A stretch of 64,000 nucleotides of DNA. It comes from a virus (Duplodnaviria > Caudoviricetes). A model generated the notes under the pieces. It was not told where the DNA came from. It saw only the letters and a program-made list of their open reading frames with translations, and searched no databases. The stretch's first letter is position 1; each line of letters starts with the position of its first letter. This document shows, in pieces, positions 1 through 10,395 of the stretch. A program made the position numbers and the translations under genes. The stretch lies in the IMG/VR virus record IMGVR_UViG_3300030104_006170; one strand, written 5' to 3'.

Positions 1-31
1 TAACGAAGAAAATTCTATAAGTGATGAAAAA

Positions 32-559
32 ATGTTATCTCATTTAGGTGTAGATTCTAAAATGTTAAAGGATTTGGAAGACGAAACTGTTAAGTCTGCT
101 ATGGAGGGTGTGAAACCCGTAATCAAATATCAGAACAATTCTACAAACTTAGATTTATCTTACAAATATATAGACGATAGTGGTATGGATTTAAGAGCTA
201 ATCTAAAAGAACCTATGACACTTAAATCTTTAGAAAGAGGATTAGTACCTACAGGAATTCATTTTGAGTTACCCGAAAGTTTAGAAATCCAAGTTAGACC
301 TAGAAGTGGTCTAGCTATTAAAAGTGGGATAACCGTACTAAACACACCAGGTACTGTAGATAGAGGTTATAACGGAGAAATAAAAATTATTTTAATGAAC
401 TTAAGTAAAGATGATTTTGTTATTAATCATGGTGATAGAATAGCACAGGCGGTAGTTTCTCCAGTAATTTCAGGTAGGTGGGCTAGACTAGTAAAAGTAA
501 ATAACTTAACAAAAACCCAAAGGGGTGATGGTGGATTTGGGTCAACAGGTATAGAATAA
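32..559 (+). CDS. dut: dUTPase (trimeric family) with N-terminal extension; frame is open to the window edge so the true start may lie upstream
   Basis: Motifs SGMDL, RPRSGLAIK, GTVDRGYNGEI, RIAQ and C-terminal RGDGGFGSTG; no in-frame stop in positions 2-31. Confidence 0.95.
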   Translation: MLSHLGVDSKMLKDLEDETVKSAMEGVKPVIKYQNNSTNLDLSYKYIDDSGMDLRANLKEPMTLKSLERGLVPTGIHFELPESLEIQVRPRSGLAIKSGITVLNTPGTVDRGYNGEIKIILMNLSKDDFVINHGDRIAQAVVSPVISGRWARLVKVNNLTKTQRGDGGFGSTGIE

Positions 560-560
560 A

Positions 561-1658
561 ATGAGTTTATCGATAGTATTTAGTACAAAAAAAATAAATG
601 AAGATTTTGTTAAATTAATAAAGTCTACTTGTGGGGTACATAATGTTGAGGTTTTGCCTTACGAAAATCCTGGAAAATACTCACTTAATGAGGTCTATAA
701 CATGGGTTTAAAAAAAGCTACTAACGATAAAGTCGTATTTTGTCATGATGATATAAAATTTGATACGAAAAATTGGGGTAGAAAAATGTTAAAGAACTTT
801 TCTAAACATCCTGATTTTGGAATTATAGGCGTAGCAGGCACTAGATACCTTTCAACTACCGGTAGATGGTGGGACGACTTTTCAAAAATGCATGGTGCTG
901 TATACCACGAAAAAGATGGCAATAGGTGGTTAACAAGATATTCTAAAGATATAGGACTTAATTTAATGCCTGTAGTCTTAGTGGATGGGTTGTTTTTTGG
1001 GGTTTCTAAAAGTAAGTTAGTTAAACATTTTGACGAAAGTATAAAAGGATTTCACTTCTACGATGTAGAATTTTGTTTTTCTAATTTTTTAGAGAACGTT
1101 AAAATAGGTGTTTGTACTAATGTTAGAATAACTCATTTATCTATTGGTCAAACTAATGATGAATGGGAAAAAAACAGAGAGGTTTTTGCTGAAAAATATA
1201 AAGATAAGTTACCTGTTAAAATGAATAGACCTTTTTACGATAATGAAAAATTTGATATTTTAATTAGTACCGTATCTTTAAATGAAGAAATAATGGACCT
1301 ATCAATAAACATTAAGAAACTAGGGCATAATTTATCTTTATTATGTGAACACTCTAGTTCACATAAGAAATTTTTAAATAGAAAAGGTATCGATATTCAT
1401 CCTATTAATACACCCCCTGGTTTTAAAATGGGTGATGGGGAGTGGGCTTTGAGTGGGCCTAAAGGTCCTATCCAATCCGAAAAAGGTAAATTATATAAAA
1501 TGAAAGAGATTAAATTTGATGTTATACATACCACGGACAATCAAATTATGGAGTACATGAAAAATTTCTTTCCTAACACACCACAATTCAATAGTGATGA
1601 TGATGAGGGGTTAAAGGGTGATTTAATAAAAAAATATAAAAAAGTTTTAGAATGGTAA
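561..1658 (+). CDS. GT2-like glycosyltransferase with additional C-terminal domain
   Basis: SLNEVYNMGL, VFCHDDI, FGIIGVAG, VDGLFF, FHFYDVEFC match the Glyco_tranf_2_5-type pattern. Confidence 0.7.
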   Translation: MSLSIVFSTKKINEDFVKLIKSTCGVHNVEVLPYENPGKYSLNEVYNMGLKKATNDKVVFCHDDIKFDTKNWGRKMLKNFSKHPDFGIIGVAGTRYLSTTGRWWDDFSKMHGAVYHEKDGNRWLTRYSKDIGLNLMPVVLVDGLFFGVSKSKLVKHFDESIKGFHFYDVEFCFSNFLENVKIGVCTNVRITHLSIGQTNDEWEKNREVFAEKYKDKLPVKMNRPFYDNEKFDILISTVSLNEEIMDLSINIKKLGHNLSLLCEHSSSHKKFLNRKGIDIHPINTPPGFKMGDGEWALSGPKGPIQSEKGKLYKMKEIKFDVIHTTDNQIMEYMKNFFPNTPQFNSDDDEGLKGDLIKKYKKVLEW

Positions 1659-2437
1659 AAATAGTTTCTGGTTGGAGTAATCGTGGTGGTTCTACTTTCG
1701 CATTTATAAATCTTACAAATGCATTAAATAAAGCTGGTTATGATACTACATTTTATGGTCCTCATGAATGGCATTTAGATAAATGTAAATCTGGTAGGAT
1801 GAATGAAATAAACATGAGTAAAAATGATAATATGATTTTTCATTTTATACCTTTAAATGGTAGACCTGATGTTAGAAAAGTTTTGTTATCTTGTCACGAA
1901 AAGAATATTTTTGAAGTTGGTGATATCCCTCAGTATTGGGATGAGGTTGTTTTTTTAAATAAAAAACAAAGAGAATACCATAATAGATACAAAGGTAGAT
2001 ATAACATAATACCTAATCTTAAAGAAGTTTTAGAAAATAAACCTAAGTCAGCAACAGCAAAAGGTGTAGCAGGAATTATTGGTTCTATAGACGAAAATAA
2101 ACAAACTCATATTTCAATACAAAAAGCTGTAAAAGACGGATTTAAGAAAATTATGTTATTTGGTAATGTGACCGACCCTAACTATTATAATAATTTTGTA
2201 AAACCACTTATCGATGAAAAGGTGATAGAAAGAGGTTTTATTAGTGATAAACAAAAAATATATGATGAAGTAGAAGCTGTGTACCTATCATCAAATAGTG
2301 AAGTAGCTTCATTAGTAAAAGATGAGTGTGAAACTACTGGCACAAAATTTTATGGTAGTAAAGCTACTGAACATGATGTAATAAACCTATCTAATGATGA
2401 AATCATAAAAGAATGGGTTAAAGTTTTAGATTTATGA
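1652..2437 (+). CDS. GT-B/GT4-like glycosyltransferase
   Basis: N-terminal GWSNRGGST...LTNALNKAGYDTTFYG, IIPN, AGIIGSIDENK, YLSSNSE. Confidence 0.6.
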   Translation: MVKIVSGWSNRGGSTFAFINLTNALNKAGYDTTFYGPHEWHLDKCKSGRMNEINMSKNDNMIFHFIPLNGRPDVRKVLLSCHEKNIFEVGDIPQYWDEVVFLNKKQREYHNRYKGRYNIIPNLKEVLENKPKSATAKGVAGIIGSIDENKQTHISIQKAVKDGFKKIMLFGNVTDPNYYNNFVKPLIDEKVIERGFISDKQKIYDEVEAVYLSSNSEVASLVKDECETTGTKFYGSKATEHDVINLSNDEIIKEWVKVLDL

Positions 2438-3120
2438 TTATAGGTAATGGACTTATCGCTAAATCATTTTTAAAAAAACACGATAAAGATGATATTGTTA
2501 TTTTTGCGTCAGGAGTATCAAACTCAAAAGAAGATAATCCAAAAAATTTTAAAAGAGAAAAAGACTTATTACTAAAAACCCTAGAAACCCACCAAGAAAT
2601 AAAATTTATATATTTTAGTACTGTCCTTATTGGTTATAAACATAATCCATACTATTCACATAAAAAAGAAATGGAGAATTTAATAAGATTACACGCTAAA
2701 GATTATATCATATTTAGAGTTCCACAATTAATAGGTAGTTGTGGAAATAATAATAATCTTATAAACTATCTAGTGGGTAAGATAAAGTCAGGTGAGTCTT
2801 TTAAAGTTTATGGTAACCTTAAAAGAGCTGTGGTAGATATAGAAGATTTAGTTAATTTTGTTATGTATTGTGAAAACAAAATTAGTTGTAAAACTGTTTA
2901 TGTGGGGGGTATAGAACCTATTTCTGTTGTTGACTTATCAAAAATAATTCAATATTTTTTTAATGTTAATGATGGTAATTTAAAGATGGAAATTAAAGAT
3001 ACTAATGAAGATAATAGATGGACTTCATTGACAAGTCCCATTTTTAAAGATTATTTATCTGATTTTAGTATTGAGTCTAGGGGTTACACACAAAAAATAA
3101 TAGAAAAATATATAAAATAA
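2434..3120 (+). CDS. NAD-dependent epimerase/dehydratase/reductase (short SDR)
   Basis: IIGNGLIA Rossmann start, FASGVSNS, YFST, YxxxK (YYSHK), IFRVPQLIG. Confidence 0.7.
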   Translation: MIIGNGLIAKSFLKKHDKDDIVIFASGVSNSKEDNPKNFKREKDLLLKTLETHQEIKFIYFSTVLIGYKHNPYYSHKKEMENLIRLHAKDYIIFRVPQLIGSCGNNNNLINYLVGKIKSGESFKVYGNLKRAVVDIEDLVNFVMYCENKISCKTVYVGGIEPISVVDLSKIIQYFFNVNDGNLKMEIKDTNEDNRWTSLTSPIFKDYLSDFSIESRGYTQKIIEKYIK

Positions 3121-3126
3121 TAAATT

Positions 3127-3849
3127 ATGATAGTACTAACTGGTTTTTATAACGCTGAACAATATATAGAGCGTTGTCTTGCTACTATTCAGTCTCAAGA
3201 CTATAAAGATTTTACATGTTATATAACACATGACCATTCTACAGATAATTCAGTAAATTTAGTAAAAGAATTTATTAAAGATGACAAAAGATTTGTTCTA
3301 GTTGAGGAGAGTGATAAAAAATTATATCAAGCTGGAAACTTTGATACTGTTATTCGTAATAACCCTAATATAAAAGACAGTGATGTCCTAGTAGAGGTAG
3401 ATGGTGATGACTATCTTCCTGATAGAGGGGTTTTGAGTAGAATTAATAAACTTTACGAGGATGAAAATGTCTGGATTGCTAACGGTAGTTTTAGATATTC
3501 TAGTGGACAACCAGGATTTTCCCAAAAACAAACAGGTTTTGATAACTTGAGACAGGTTAGGTTTACAGCTTCTCATATTAGAACTTGGCGTGCATTTTTA
3601 TGGAGAAATATAAAAGAAGAAGACTTACGTGATGAAAATGGTGATTACTGGCAGTGGAGTGGTGATTTGTGTTTTATGTACCCAATGTTAGAAATGTCAG
3701 GAGAAGAACATTATAGATTTATGAATGAGGTAAATTACGTATATAACGAAACCAACCCAATAAATGAACACAAAATAGATATGACGATGGTTAATAACCA
3801 CGCATCAAGAATAAGAAGTAAAAAACCATATAAAAAATTAAAAATATGA
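3127..3849 (+). CDS. GT2 glycosyltransferase
   Basis: FYNAEQYIERCL, DHSTDNS, VDGDD (DxD). Confidence 0.85.
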   Translation: MIVLTGFYNAEQYIERCLATIQSQDYKDFTCYITHDHSTDNSVNLVKEFIKDDKRFVLVEESDKKLYQAGNFDTVIRNNPNIKDSDVLVEVDGDDYLPDRGVLSRINKLYEDENVWIANGSFRYSSGQPGFSQKQTGFDNLRQVRFTASHIRTWRAFLWRNIKEEDLRDENGDYWQWSGDLCFMYPMLEMSGEEHYRFMNEVNYVYNETNPINEHKIDMTMVNNHASRIRSKKPYKKLKI

Positions 3850-5147
3850 AAAAAATAGATAGTATATTACCAACACTGTTAAATTATTTACAGGAAAATA
3901 AACCAAAATACTTATACAACCAATCCTTTGTGCCTGGTGAAAGTCAAGTACTATATTCAGGACCTTACTGGGATGAGGAAGAAATTATGGCAGCCATTAA
4001 AACTTTTATAGAAGGTAAGTGGGTAGTTGCTGGAGAAAATGTAAATAAATTTGAACGTGCTTTTGGTAGAGTTTTTGGTGCAAAATTTGTACAAATGGTA
4101 AATTCTGGTAGTTCAGCTAATTTAGTTCTAATATCGGCTCTAAAAAAATATTTTGGTTGGGAGGATGGTGACGAAGTCATAGTTTCTCCCGTTGGATTCC
4201 CAACAACTATATCTGTTTTGGTGCAGAATGGTTTAAAACCAGTTTTTATAGATATAGAGTATGAAACACTTAACTTTGACATTACAAAAATAGAAGAAAA
4301 GATAACCCCTAAAACTAAAGCTATTTTTGTTTCTCCTGTCCTGGGTAATGTTCCTGACATGGACTTTTTAACTGAATTATGTAAAAAACACGACATAAGA
4401 TTAATTGGTGATAGTTGTGATAGTATTGGGTCTAAATGGGATGGTAAACACTTAAGTGAATATTACGAAGCGTGGACATCTTCTTTTTATCCTGCACACC
4501 ACATATCAACAGGAGAAGGTGGAGCTGTATGTACTAACATAGCACCATTAAAAAGATTATTTACTAGTTTTGCTTGGTGGGGTAGAGATTGTTATTGTGT
4601 TGGTTCTGCTAATTTATTATCGTGTGGTACTTGTGGTAAAAGATTCGATAAATGGTTAGATTCTTATGACGGAATAATTGACCACAAATATGTTTTTACT
4701 AATATGGGTTATAACCTAAAACCTATGGATTTACAAGGTTCTATTGGACTTATTCAGTTAAAGAAATTTGAGGAGATTGACAACAATAGAAAAAGAAGTA
4801 AAAATACCATAGAATCTATATTTTTAAAATATGTTGATGGGATTAAGGGTGTATCTATGTTACCTAAAGCTGACACTTGTTGGTTTGGTACTCCTTTTAT
4901 TTGTGATAATAAACAATTAAAAGATAAACTAGTTGCTTTTCTAGAAGAGAATAAAATACAAACTAGAAATTACTTTGCTGGAAACATACTAATGCACCCA
5001 GGTTATAAACATTTAGATGATTTAAATAAGTACCCAAACGCTAATACAGTTTTAGACAAAGTATTTTTTGTGGGGGCAGCACCACATTACACAGAAGAAG
5101 TTTTTGATTATATAGAAAGTATATTTGTTAATAAATGGGAAAATTAA
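3846..5147 (+). CDS. rfbH: E1-type (RfbH/DdhC-like) NDP-4-keto-6-deoxyhexose 3-dehydratase, DegT/DnrJ fold
   Basis: VNSGSSANL, SFYPAHHISTGEGG (His in place of the Schiff-base Lys), GRDCYC...CGTCGKRF Cys cluster, QTRNYFAGNI. Confidence 0.85.
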   Translation: MKKIDSILPTLLNYLQENKPKYLYNQSFVPGESQVLYSGPYWDEEEIMAAIKTFIEGKWVVAGENVNKFERAFGRVFGAKFVQMVNSGSSANLVLISALKKYFGWEDGDEVIVSPVGFPTTISVLVQNGLKPVFIDIEYETLNFDITKIEEKITPKTKAIFVSPVLGNVPDMDFLTELCKKHDIRLIGDSCDSIGSKWDGKHLSEYYEAWTSSFYPAHHISTGEGGAVCTNIAPLKRLFTSFAWWGRDCYCVGSANLLSCGTCGKRFDKWLDSYDGIIDHKYVFTNMGYNLKPMDLQGSIGLIQLKKFEEIDNNRKRSKNTIESIFLKYVDGIKGVSMLPKADTCWFGTPFICDNKQLKDKLVAFLEENKIQTRNYFAGNILMHPGYKHLDDLNKYPNANTVLDKVFFVGAAPHYTEEVFDYIESIFVNKWEN

Positions 5148-6541
5148 AAGTTTTAGTATTAGGTGATGGTTTACTAGGTTCGGAAATTGTTAAACAAACC
5201 GAATGGGACTATATTTCTAGAAAGAAAGATGGTTTTGATATTACTGATATGGAAACTTATCATTTACTAACAAATGTAGAATTTGGTGCTATACAACATT
5301 GTAAATATGATATTATTCTTAATTGTATTGCAAATACAGACACTTACAGTACTGATAAAGATTTACACTGGAAAGTTAATTACGAAGGTTTATCTAATCT
5401 AATTAAATTTTGTAATGACTGGAAAGTAAAATTAGTTCACATATCCACAGACTATGTTTATTCTGGTTCTGATACAGAGGCTACAGAAAATACCGTACCT
5501 GTTCACTGTAACAACTGGTATGGTTACACTAAGTTGTTAGGTGATGGTTTGGTTCAACTAAACTCAAATAATTACCTTTTATGTAGGTGTACTCACAAAC
5601 CTAAACCATTTCCTTATGATGGTGCTTGGATTGACCAGGTTGGTAATTTTGACTATGTCTCTAACATCTCAAAACTTATCATAGATATGATAACCAATAA
5701 TTTAAGTGGTTTATATAATGTGGGTACTGAAACTAAAACAATATATGAACTGGCTTCCGAAACAAGAAAAGTTAAAAAAATATATGCACCACAACAAGTA
5801 CCTAAAAATCTTTCTATGAATTTAGATAAATTACATAAAGGTTTAAATAAACCATTTTTTTCCATAGCTATACCAACTTATGGATACAATGGAAGAGGGG
5901 TTGAGTTTTTAGATTTTAGTTTAGAAATTATAAGTAAACAAACTTTTAAAGACTTTGAAGTTGTGTTATCAGACCATAGTGAAGATGATACTATAAAAGA
6001 GGTTTACGATAAGTGGGCTGACAAGTTAAATATCAAATATTTTAGGAATTCTAAAGGTAGGGGTATCATATCTCCTAATATAAATAACGCTATGAAGTTA
6101 TGTAACGGTAAATGGATTAAAGTTTTATTCCAAGACGATTTCCTATATAACGAAAACTCTTTAGAACTACAACACGAATTACTAAACGCTCAACCAAACA
6201 TAAGTTGGGTTATGACTAAATTCTATCATAGTAATGACGGTAAGTCGTTTTATAGACTATACAACCCAAGATGGAATAATATGATATGGACTGGAAATAA
6301 TACCATGGGATGTCCTACTGGTATGACCATTAAAAATAAAAATCTAATATTTTTTGACGAAGGTTTAAATTGGTTGATGGACGTAGATTATTACAAACGT
6401 ATGTTTGATTTACATGGTGAACCAACTATATTAGATGAAATAACAGTAGTTAATAGGACTTGGGGTAATAGACTTACTGATACCATACCTCAGTCTTTAA
6501 AAGATAAAGAATTTGAAATGTTAAAACTTAAATATGCTTAA
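5135..6541 (+). CDS. Fusion: RmlD-like NDP-sugar reductase + GT2 glycosyltransferase
   Basis: N-half VLGDGLLG, HISTDYVY, YGYTK; C-half SIAIPTY, LSDHSEDD, LFQDD, WLMDVDYY. Confidence 0.8.
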   Translation: MGKLKVLVLGDGLLGSEIVKQTEWDYISRKKDGFDITDMETYHLLTNVEFGAIQHCKYDIILNCIANTDTYSTDKDLHWKVNYEGLSNLIKFCNDWKVKLVHISTDYVYSGSDTEATENTVPVHCNNWYGYTKLLGDGLVQLNSNNYLLCRCTHKPKPFPYDGAWIDQVGNFDYVSNISKLIIDMITNNLSGLYNVGTETKTIYELASETRKVKKIYAPQQVPKNLSMNLDKLHKGLNKPFFSIAIPTYGYNGRGVEFLDFSLEIISKQTFKDFEVVLSDHSEDDTIKEVYDKWADKLNIKYFRNSKGRGIISPNINNAMKLCNGKWIKVLFQDDFLYNENSLELQHELLNAQPNISWVMTKFYHSNDGKSFYRLYNPRWNNMIWTGNNTMGCPTGMTIKNKNLIFFDEGLNWLMDVDYYKRMFDLHGEPTILDEITVVNRTWGNRLTDTIPQSLKDKEFEMLKLKYA

Positions 6542-7199
6542 TTTAAAAAATGTAACACTTATAGCCCTAAGTTCAATAAAACTAGAAAAAACCATTAAAG
6601 CTTTAGAGTATAGTTGTCGTGGAATTAGTTTTGGTGAGGTTAAATTAGTTTCTGACACAAGACCTGATAATTTACCTGATTTTATCACTCATGAATTTTG
6701 TCCTAAAATGTCCAATATAGATGAATGGAATTACGCTGCGATATATGAGTTACCTAAACATGTGTCTACGGAATTTGCTATGTTAATACATGATGATGGA
6801 TTTGTTGTTAACCCAGAATCTTGGCGTGATGAGTTTTTTGAGTATGATTATATAGGTGCTCCTTACCCACTACCACAAGATAATTTTTCGTATAGAGACA
6901 TAAATGGTAATCTGATAAGAGTTGGTAATAGTGTTTCTTTAAGAAGTAAAAAATTACTAGACTTACCTATAGAATTAGATTTGGAATGGAAAGCTTTTCA
7001 TGGATATTATAATGAAGACGGTTATATTTGTGTAAACTATCGACATAAGTATCTTGAACATGGTATGAAATTTGCTGATATAGACGTTGCCAAATATTTT
7101 TCACACGAAAATATGATGCCTGAGATTCAAGGAATAAAACCTTTTGCTTTCCATAGACACTATGGAACAAACTCTATTTACCCAAACTATGGAAAATAA
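6534..7199 (+). CDS. DUF5672-like putative glycosyltransferase-associated protein
   Basis: LIHDDGFVVNPESW, YDYIGAP, VGNSVSLRSKKLL, NEDGYIC, FSHE, FAFH. Confidence 0.65.
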   Translation: MLNLKNVTLIALSSIKLEKTIKALEYSCRGISFGEVKLVSDTRPDNLPDFITHEFCPKMSNIDEWNYAAIYELPKHVSTEFAMLIHDDGFVVNPESWRDEFFEYDYIGAPYPLPQDNFSYRDINGNLIRVGNSVSLRSKKLLDLPIELDLEWKAFHGYYNEDGYICVNYRHKYLEHGMKFADIDVAKYFSHENMMPEIQGIKPFAFHRHYGTNSIYPNYGK

Positions 7200-7923
7200 A
7201 AAAATACATACTAATTTTGTAGTCGCTAGTGATTACAATTGGTTACCTGAAAATCTAGAGGATTCCTGGGTACACCAATACACAGATAACTATTTAATCT
7301 ATGATAAATTTCATAGATTTGAAGAATCCGATAAAGTTAAACATCAACTAAATGTGGGTCAAAATATTTATGATATGTTTGATTTCATTGTTAGAAATTA
7401 TGATAACTTACCTGAATGTACTTTATTTTGTAGAGCATGTTTATTATGGCCAAAAGATACTGGTACACCTAGATTAGACGATAATGGGAATAGGTTGTCT
7501 AATGGTAATTGTGGGTTAGATAAATTCCATGAGTTGATGAATAACAATACATTTACAGAATTGCATGATTTTGGTCCTGAAGCACACAAAGGTCCTGGAA
7601 GTAAGATGGCTGAAGATGGTGGGTTTTTAGAAATTAATAACAGTTGGTATTTCCACCATGTACCATCTAGACACTTTAACAATACCAATGCTTTTCTACA
7701 GGACGTATTTGTAAATCCAGAATTACCAGAATATATAAGATTTTCACCTGGTGGAAACTATATAATACCTAAACACACTATATTAAAGTATAGTAAAAAC
7801 TTTTATGAACAAATAAGAAAAATACTTAACTGGGATGTTGTTGTTGGTGAAGCACATCTTATTGAGCGTTGTATATATACTTTTTTTACTTGTGACTATG
7901 AGGTAAACGAAAAATATAAATAA
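7189..7923 (+). CDS. DUF3431-like glycan-related protein (start moved to MENKK at 7189)
   Basis: W...Y.IYDK, NVGQN...FIVRNYDNLP..TLF, FSPGGNYIIPK..IL...FY, LIER. Confidence 0.5.
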   Translation: MENKKIHTNFVVASDYNWLPENLEDSWVHQYTDNYLIYDKFHRFEESDKVKHQLNVGQNIYDMFDFIVRNYDNLPECTLFCRACLLWPKDTGTPRLDDNGNRLSNGNCGLDKFHELMNNNTFTELHDFGPEAHKGPGSKMAEDGGFLEINNSWYFHHVPSRHFNNTNAFLQDVFVNPELPEYIRFSPGGNYIIPKHTILKYSKNFYEQIRKILNWDVVVGEAHLIERCIYTFFTCDYEVNEKYK

Positions 7924-8834
7924 TGTCAACAATCAGAGCTTTCATGTTTCACGATGTTAGGGATTTATCACAAACTGAGTACCCTAGCAGATATAATCTA
8001 AGGTCTTTTATAGATAAAAAGGAATTTAACCACCAACTAAACTTTATAAATAAAAATTATAAAATAATAAGTAGTTTGGAGGTGCCTAATTTAAATTTAG
8101 ATGATGGTAATATAAATTATGCTGTTTTAACTTTTGATGATGGGTTGGTCGACCATTTTTATGTTCACCAACAATTAAAAAAACTGAATATTAGTGGTAC
8201 TTTTCTAATACCTACGGCTCCTGTTGTTGAACAAAAAATGATTCACAGTCACACAATACAATTTATTTTAGCTGCGAGAGATGAAAAATTATTAACCAAA
8301 GAAATTTTATTAAACTTTGAGAACTCTTCTGACTTATGGATTAAGTATTCCCACACCAACTGGGTAGACAATTGGTGGACTAAAGAGATGATATTTGTTA
8401 CTAACTTTTTAAGACGGTACAAATCTCCGACTTTTAATAATTACCAGTATACGGAACATCTTTTCCAAAAATACGTTTCTAAAGATATCCATTCTTTCGC
8501 TTCTAACTTTTATCTTAACCCAAACCAAATAGAAGAAATGAGTTACAATAATATGGTTATAGGTGGACATGGTAATTCCTCAGACAATCTTTTACTGGTA
8601 GAAGATATCGAGGCTGATATAAATAGGTCACATTGGTTTGTTGAGCATTTTTCCGATGATTTTGTTTTTTCTTACCCTAATGGTGGTTTTAATCAAGAAA
8701 TAAAAAATACTTTAAAAAAGTATAAATGTAAGTTATCTTATACCGTAGTACCCCAAACCCTAACTTCATTAGATAATATAGACGTTTTAGAGTTTCCTCG
8801 TTACGATTCTCCACAAAGAATACCATTAAAATGA
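7923..8834 (+). CDS. Polysaccharide deacetylase (NodB/CE4 family)
   Basis: MFHDV, LTFDDG, IGGHGNSS, FSYPNG. Confidence 0.85.
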   Translation: MSTIRAFMFHDVRDLSQTEYPSRYNLRSFIDKKEFNHQLNFINKNYKIISSLEVPNLNLDDGNINYAVLTFDDGLVDHFYVHQQLKKLNISGTFLIPTAPVVEQKMIHSHTIQFILAARDEKLLTKEILLNFENSSDLWIKYSHTNWVDNWWTKEMIFVTNFLRRYKSPTFNNYQYTEHLFQKYVSKDIHSFASNFYLNPNQIEEMSYNNMVIGGHGNSSDNLLLVEDIEADINRSHWFVEHFSDDFVFSYPNGGFNQEIKNTLKKYKCKLSYTVVPQTLTSLDNIDVLEFPRYDSPQRIPLK

Positions 8835-9469
8835 AAATAGTTTATTATGGATATCGTGAATGGTCTTTTAAAATATTTAATAAACTTAAAGTAACAGACA
8901 AATATTTAGTCACACATAAAGATTATAGTATTATAGACACAATTAAACCAGACTTGGTTTTTTTTGTTGGGTGGAGCGATATTATACCCCAAGAAATAAT
9001 AGAAAATAATTTATGTGTTTGTTTACACCCATCACCCCTACCCAAATATAGAGGGGGTAGTCCTATACAAAACCAATTATTAAAAAATGAAAAAAATAGT
9101 ATGGTTAGTTTATTTGTTATGGATAAGGGTATTGACACTGGGGACATCCTATTTCAATCACCCATTAGTCTACTTGGTGAGTTAGATGATATTTTTAATG
9201 AAATAGTAAGAGAAGGAATCAAAGGTATTGACTTTATAGTGGACAATTTCCAAGAAATTCCTACTTTTAGAAAAAAGCAAGATTTAGATTCTGGTACTTT
9301 TTTTAATAGATTGAAACCGACTGATAGTGAGTTAAAGGTTGAGGATTTTATTGAGTACGGTCCAGAGTATTTTCATAACAAAATTAGAGGGTTATCTTCA
9401 CCTTACCCTAACGCTTATATAAAGTGTAAAAATGGTGAAAAACTATACATATTAAAAACAAGATATTAA
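8831..9469 (+). CDS. Formyltransferase, probably sugar N-formyltransferase
   Basis: LHPSPLPKYRGGSPIQ, MDKGIDTGDI; 212 aa; inside a sugar cluster. Confidence 0.8.
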   Translation: MKIVYYGYREWSFKIFNKLKVTDKYLVTHKDYSIIDTIKPDLVFFVGWSDIIPQEIIENNLCVCLHPSPLPKYRGGSPIQNQLLKNEKNSMVSLFVMDKGIDTGDILFQSPISLLGELDDIFNEIVREGIKGIDFIVDNFQEIPTFRKKQDLDSGTFFNRLKPTDSELKVEDFIEYGPEYFHNKIRGLSSPYPNAYIKCKNGEKLYILKTRY

Positions 9470-10395
9470 TGAGAAATGAAAAAATATTCATAACAGGTGG
9501 AGCGGGGTTTTTAGGTAGGAATCTCGTTAAAAGATTATATAAAGATAATGAAATAACAGTATATTCTAGAGACGAAGCTAAACATTATTACATGAAAAAA
9601 GATTATCCTTCTGTTAAGTTTGTTGTTGGGGATATAAGAAATAGAGATTTATTAATTAGAAAATCTAAAGGTCATACTGTTGGTATTTTTGCTGCGTCTT
9701 TAAAACAAATTGAGGCGTGTAATGACAATTACGAAGAGGCCGCTAAAACAATTGTAGACGGAGCCTTTAACTCAAGACTAGCAGCTGAACAAAATAATTT
9801 TAAGTCTGCTTGTTTTATTTCCACAGATAAGAGTAGAGCTGCCACAACATTATATGGTGCAATGAAATATGTCGCTGGTGAAGGTTTTGTGGTGGGTGAG
9901 TCTAATTGTAAGTTAACTACAGCTATATATGGAAATGTTACAAACTCTACTGGTTCTATAATACCATTAATTTGGAATTTCATTAATAAAAATGCAATAT
10001 TGTCATTATACGGCACTGAAATGACCAGATTTTTACTAGATGTAGATGATGCTGTAGATTTAATTATGAAGTCACCATCTTACGCTGGGTGTAATTTAAT
10101 TCCTATAGCAAAATCATTTAAGGTTAAAGACTTATTTGATATTTATTCGGAAGAATTTGGTTTACAATATAAAGTTACAGAACCTCGTACTGGTGAAAAA
10201 ATACATGAAATAATGGCATCCAATGAAGAGGTTAGGAGAATGGAATTAATAAAAAATGATGGAATCTATTTATTACACCCACAAAAAGACATACACCAAA
10301 TATCGTTTAAACATGGAGAATATTCCTCCAGAGACCACTGTCTTACTAAAAATGAATTATATAATTATTTAAAATCTAAAAATTTTTACAAATAA
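9469..10395 (+). CDS. PseB/FnlA(CapD)-family UDP-GlcNAc 4,6-dehydratase
   Basis: ITGGAGFLG, YSRDEAK, GDIRN, ISTDK, LYGAMK, YGNV..STGSIIP, MTRF, RTGEKIHE. Confidence 0.85.
   Translation: MRNEKIFITGGAGFLGRNLVKRLYKDNEITVYSRDEAKHYYMKKDYPSVKFVVGDIRNRDLLIRKSKGHTVGIFAASLKQIEACNDNYEEAAKTIVDGAFNSRLAAEQNNFKSACFISTDKSRAATTLYGAMKYVAGEGFVVGESNCKLTTAIYGNVTNSTGSIIPLIWNFINKNAILSLYGTEMTRFLLDVDDAVDLIMKSPSYAGCNLIPIAKSFKVKDLFDIYSEEFGLQYKVTEPRTGEKIHEIMASNEEVRRMELIKNDGIYLLHPQKDIHQISFKHGEYSSRDHCLTKNELYNYLKSKNFYK

Noticed and set aside
3846-5147. Sugar aminotransferase (perosamine synthase), which would fit gmd plus formyltransferase
   Set aside because: The catalytic Lys position is His (FYPAHH) and an E1-type Cys cluster is present.
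8831-9469. Methionyl-tRNA formyltransferase (fmt)
   Set aside because: It is short (212 aa versus about 310 for Fmt) and embedded in a sugar pathway, so a sugar N-formyltransferase is more likely.
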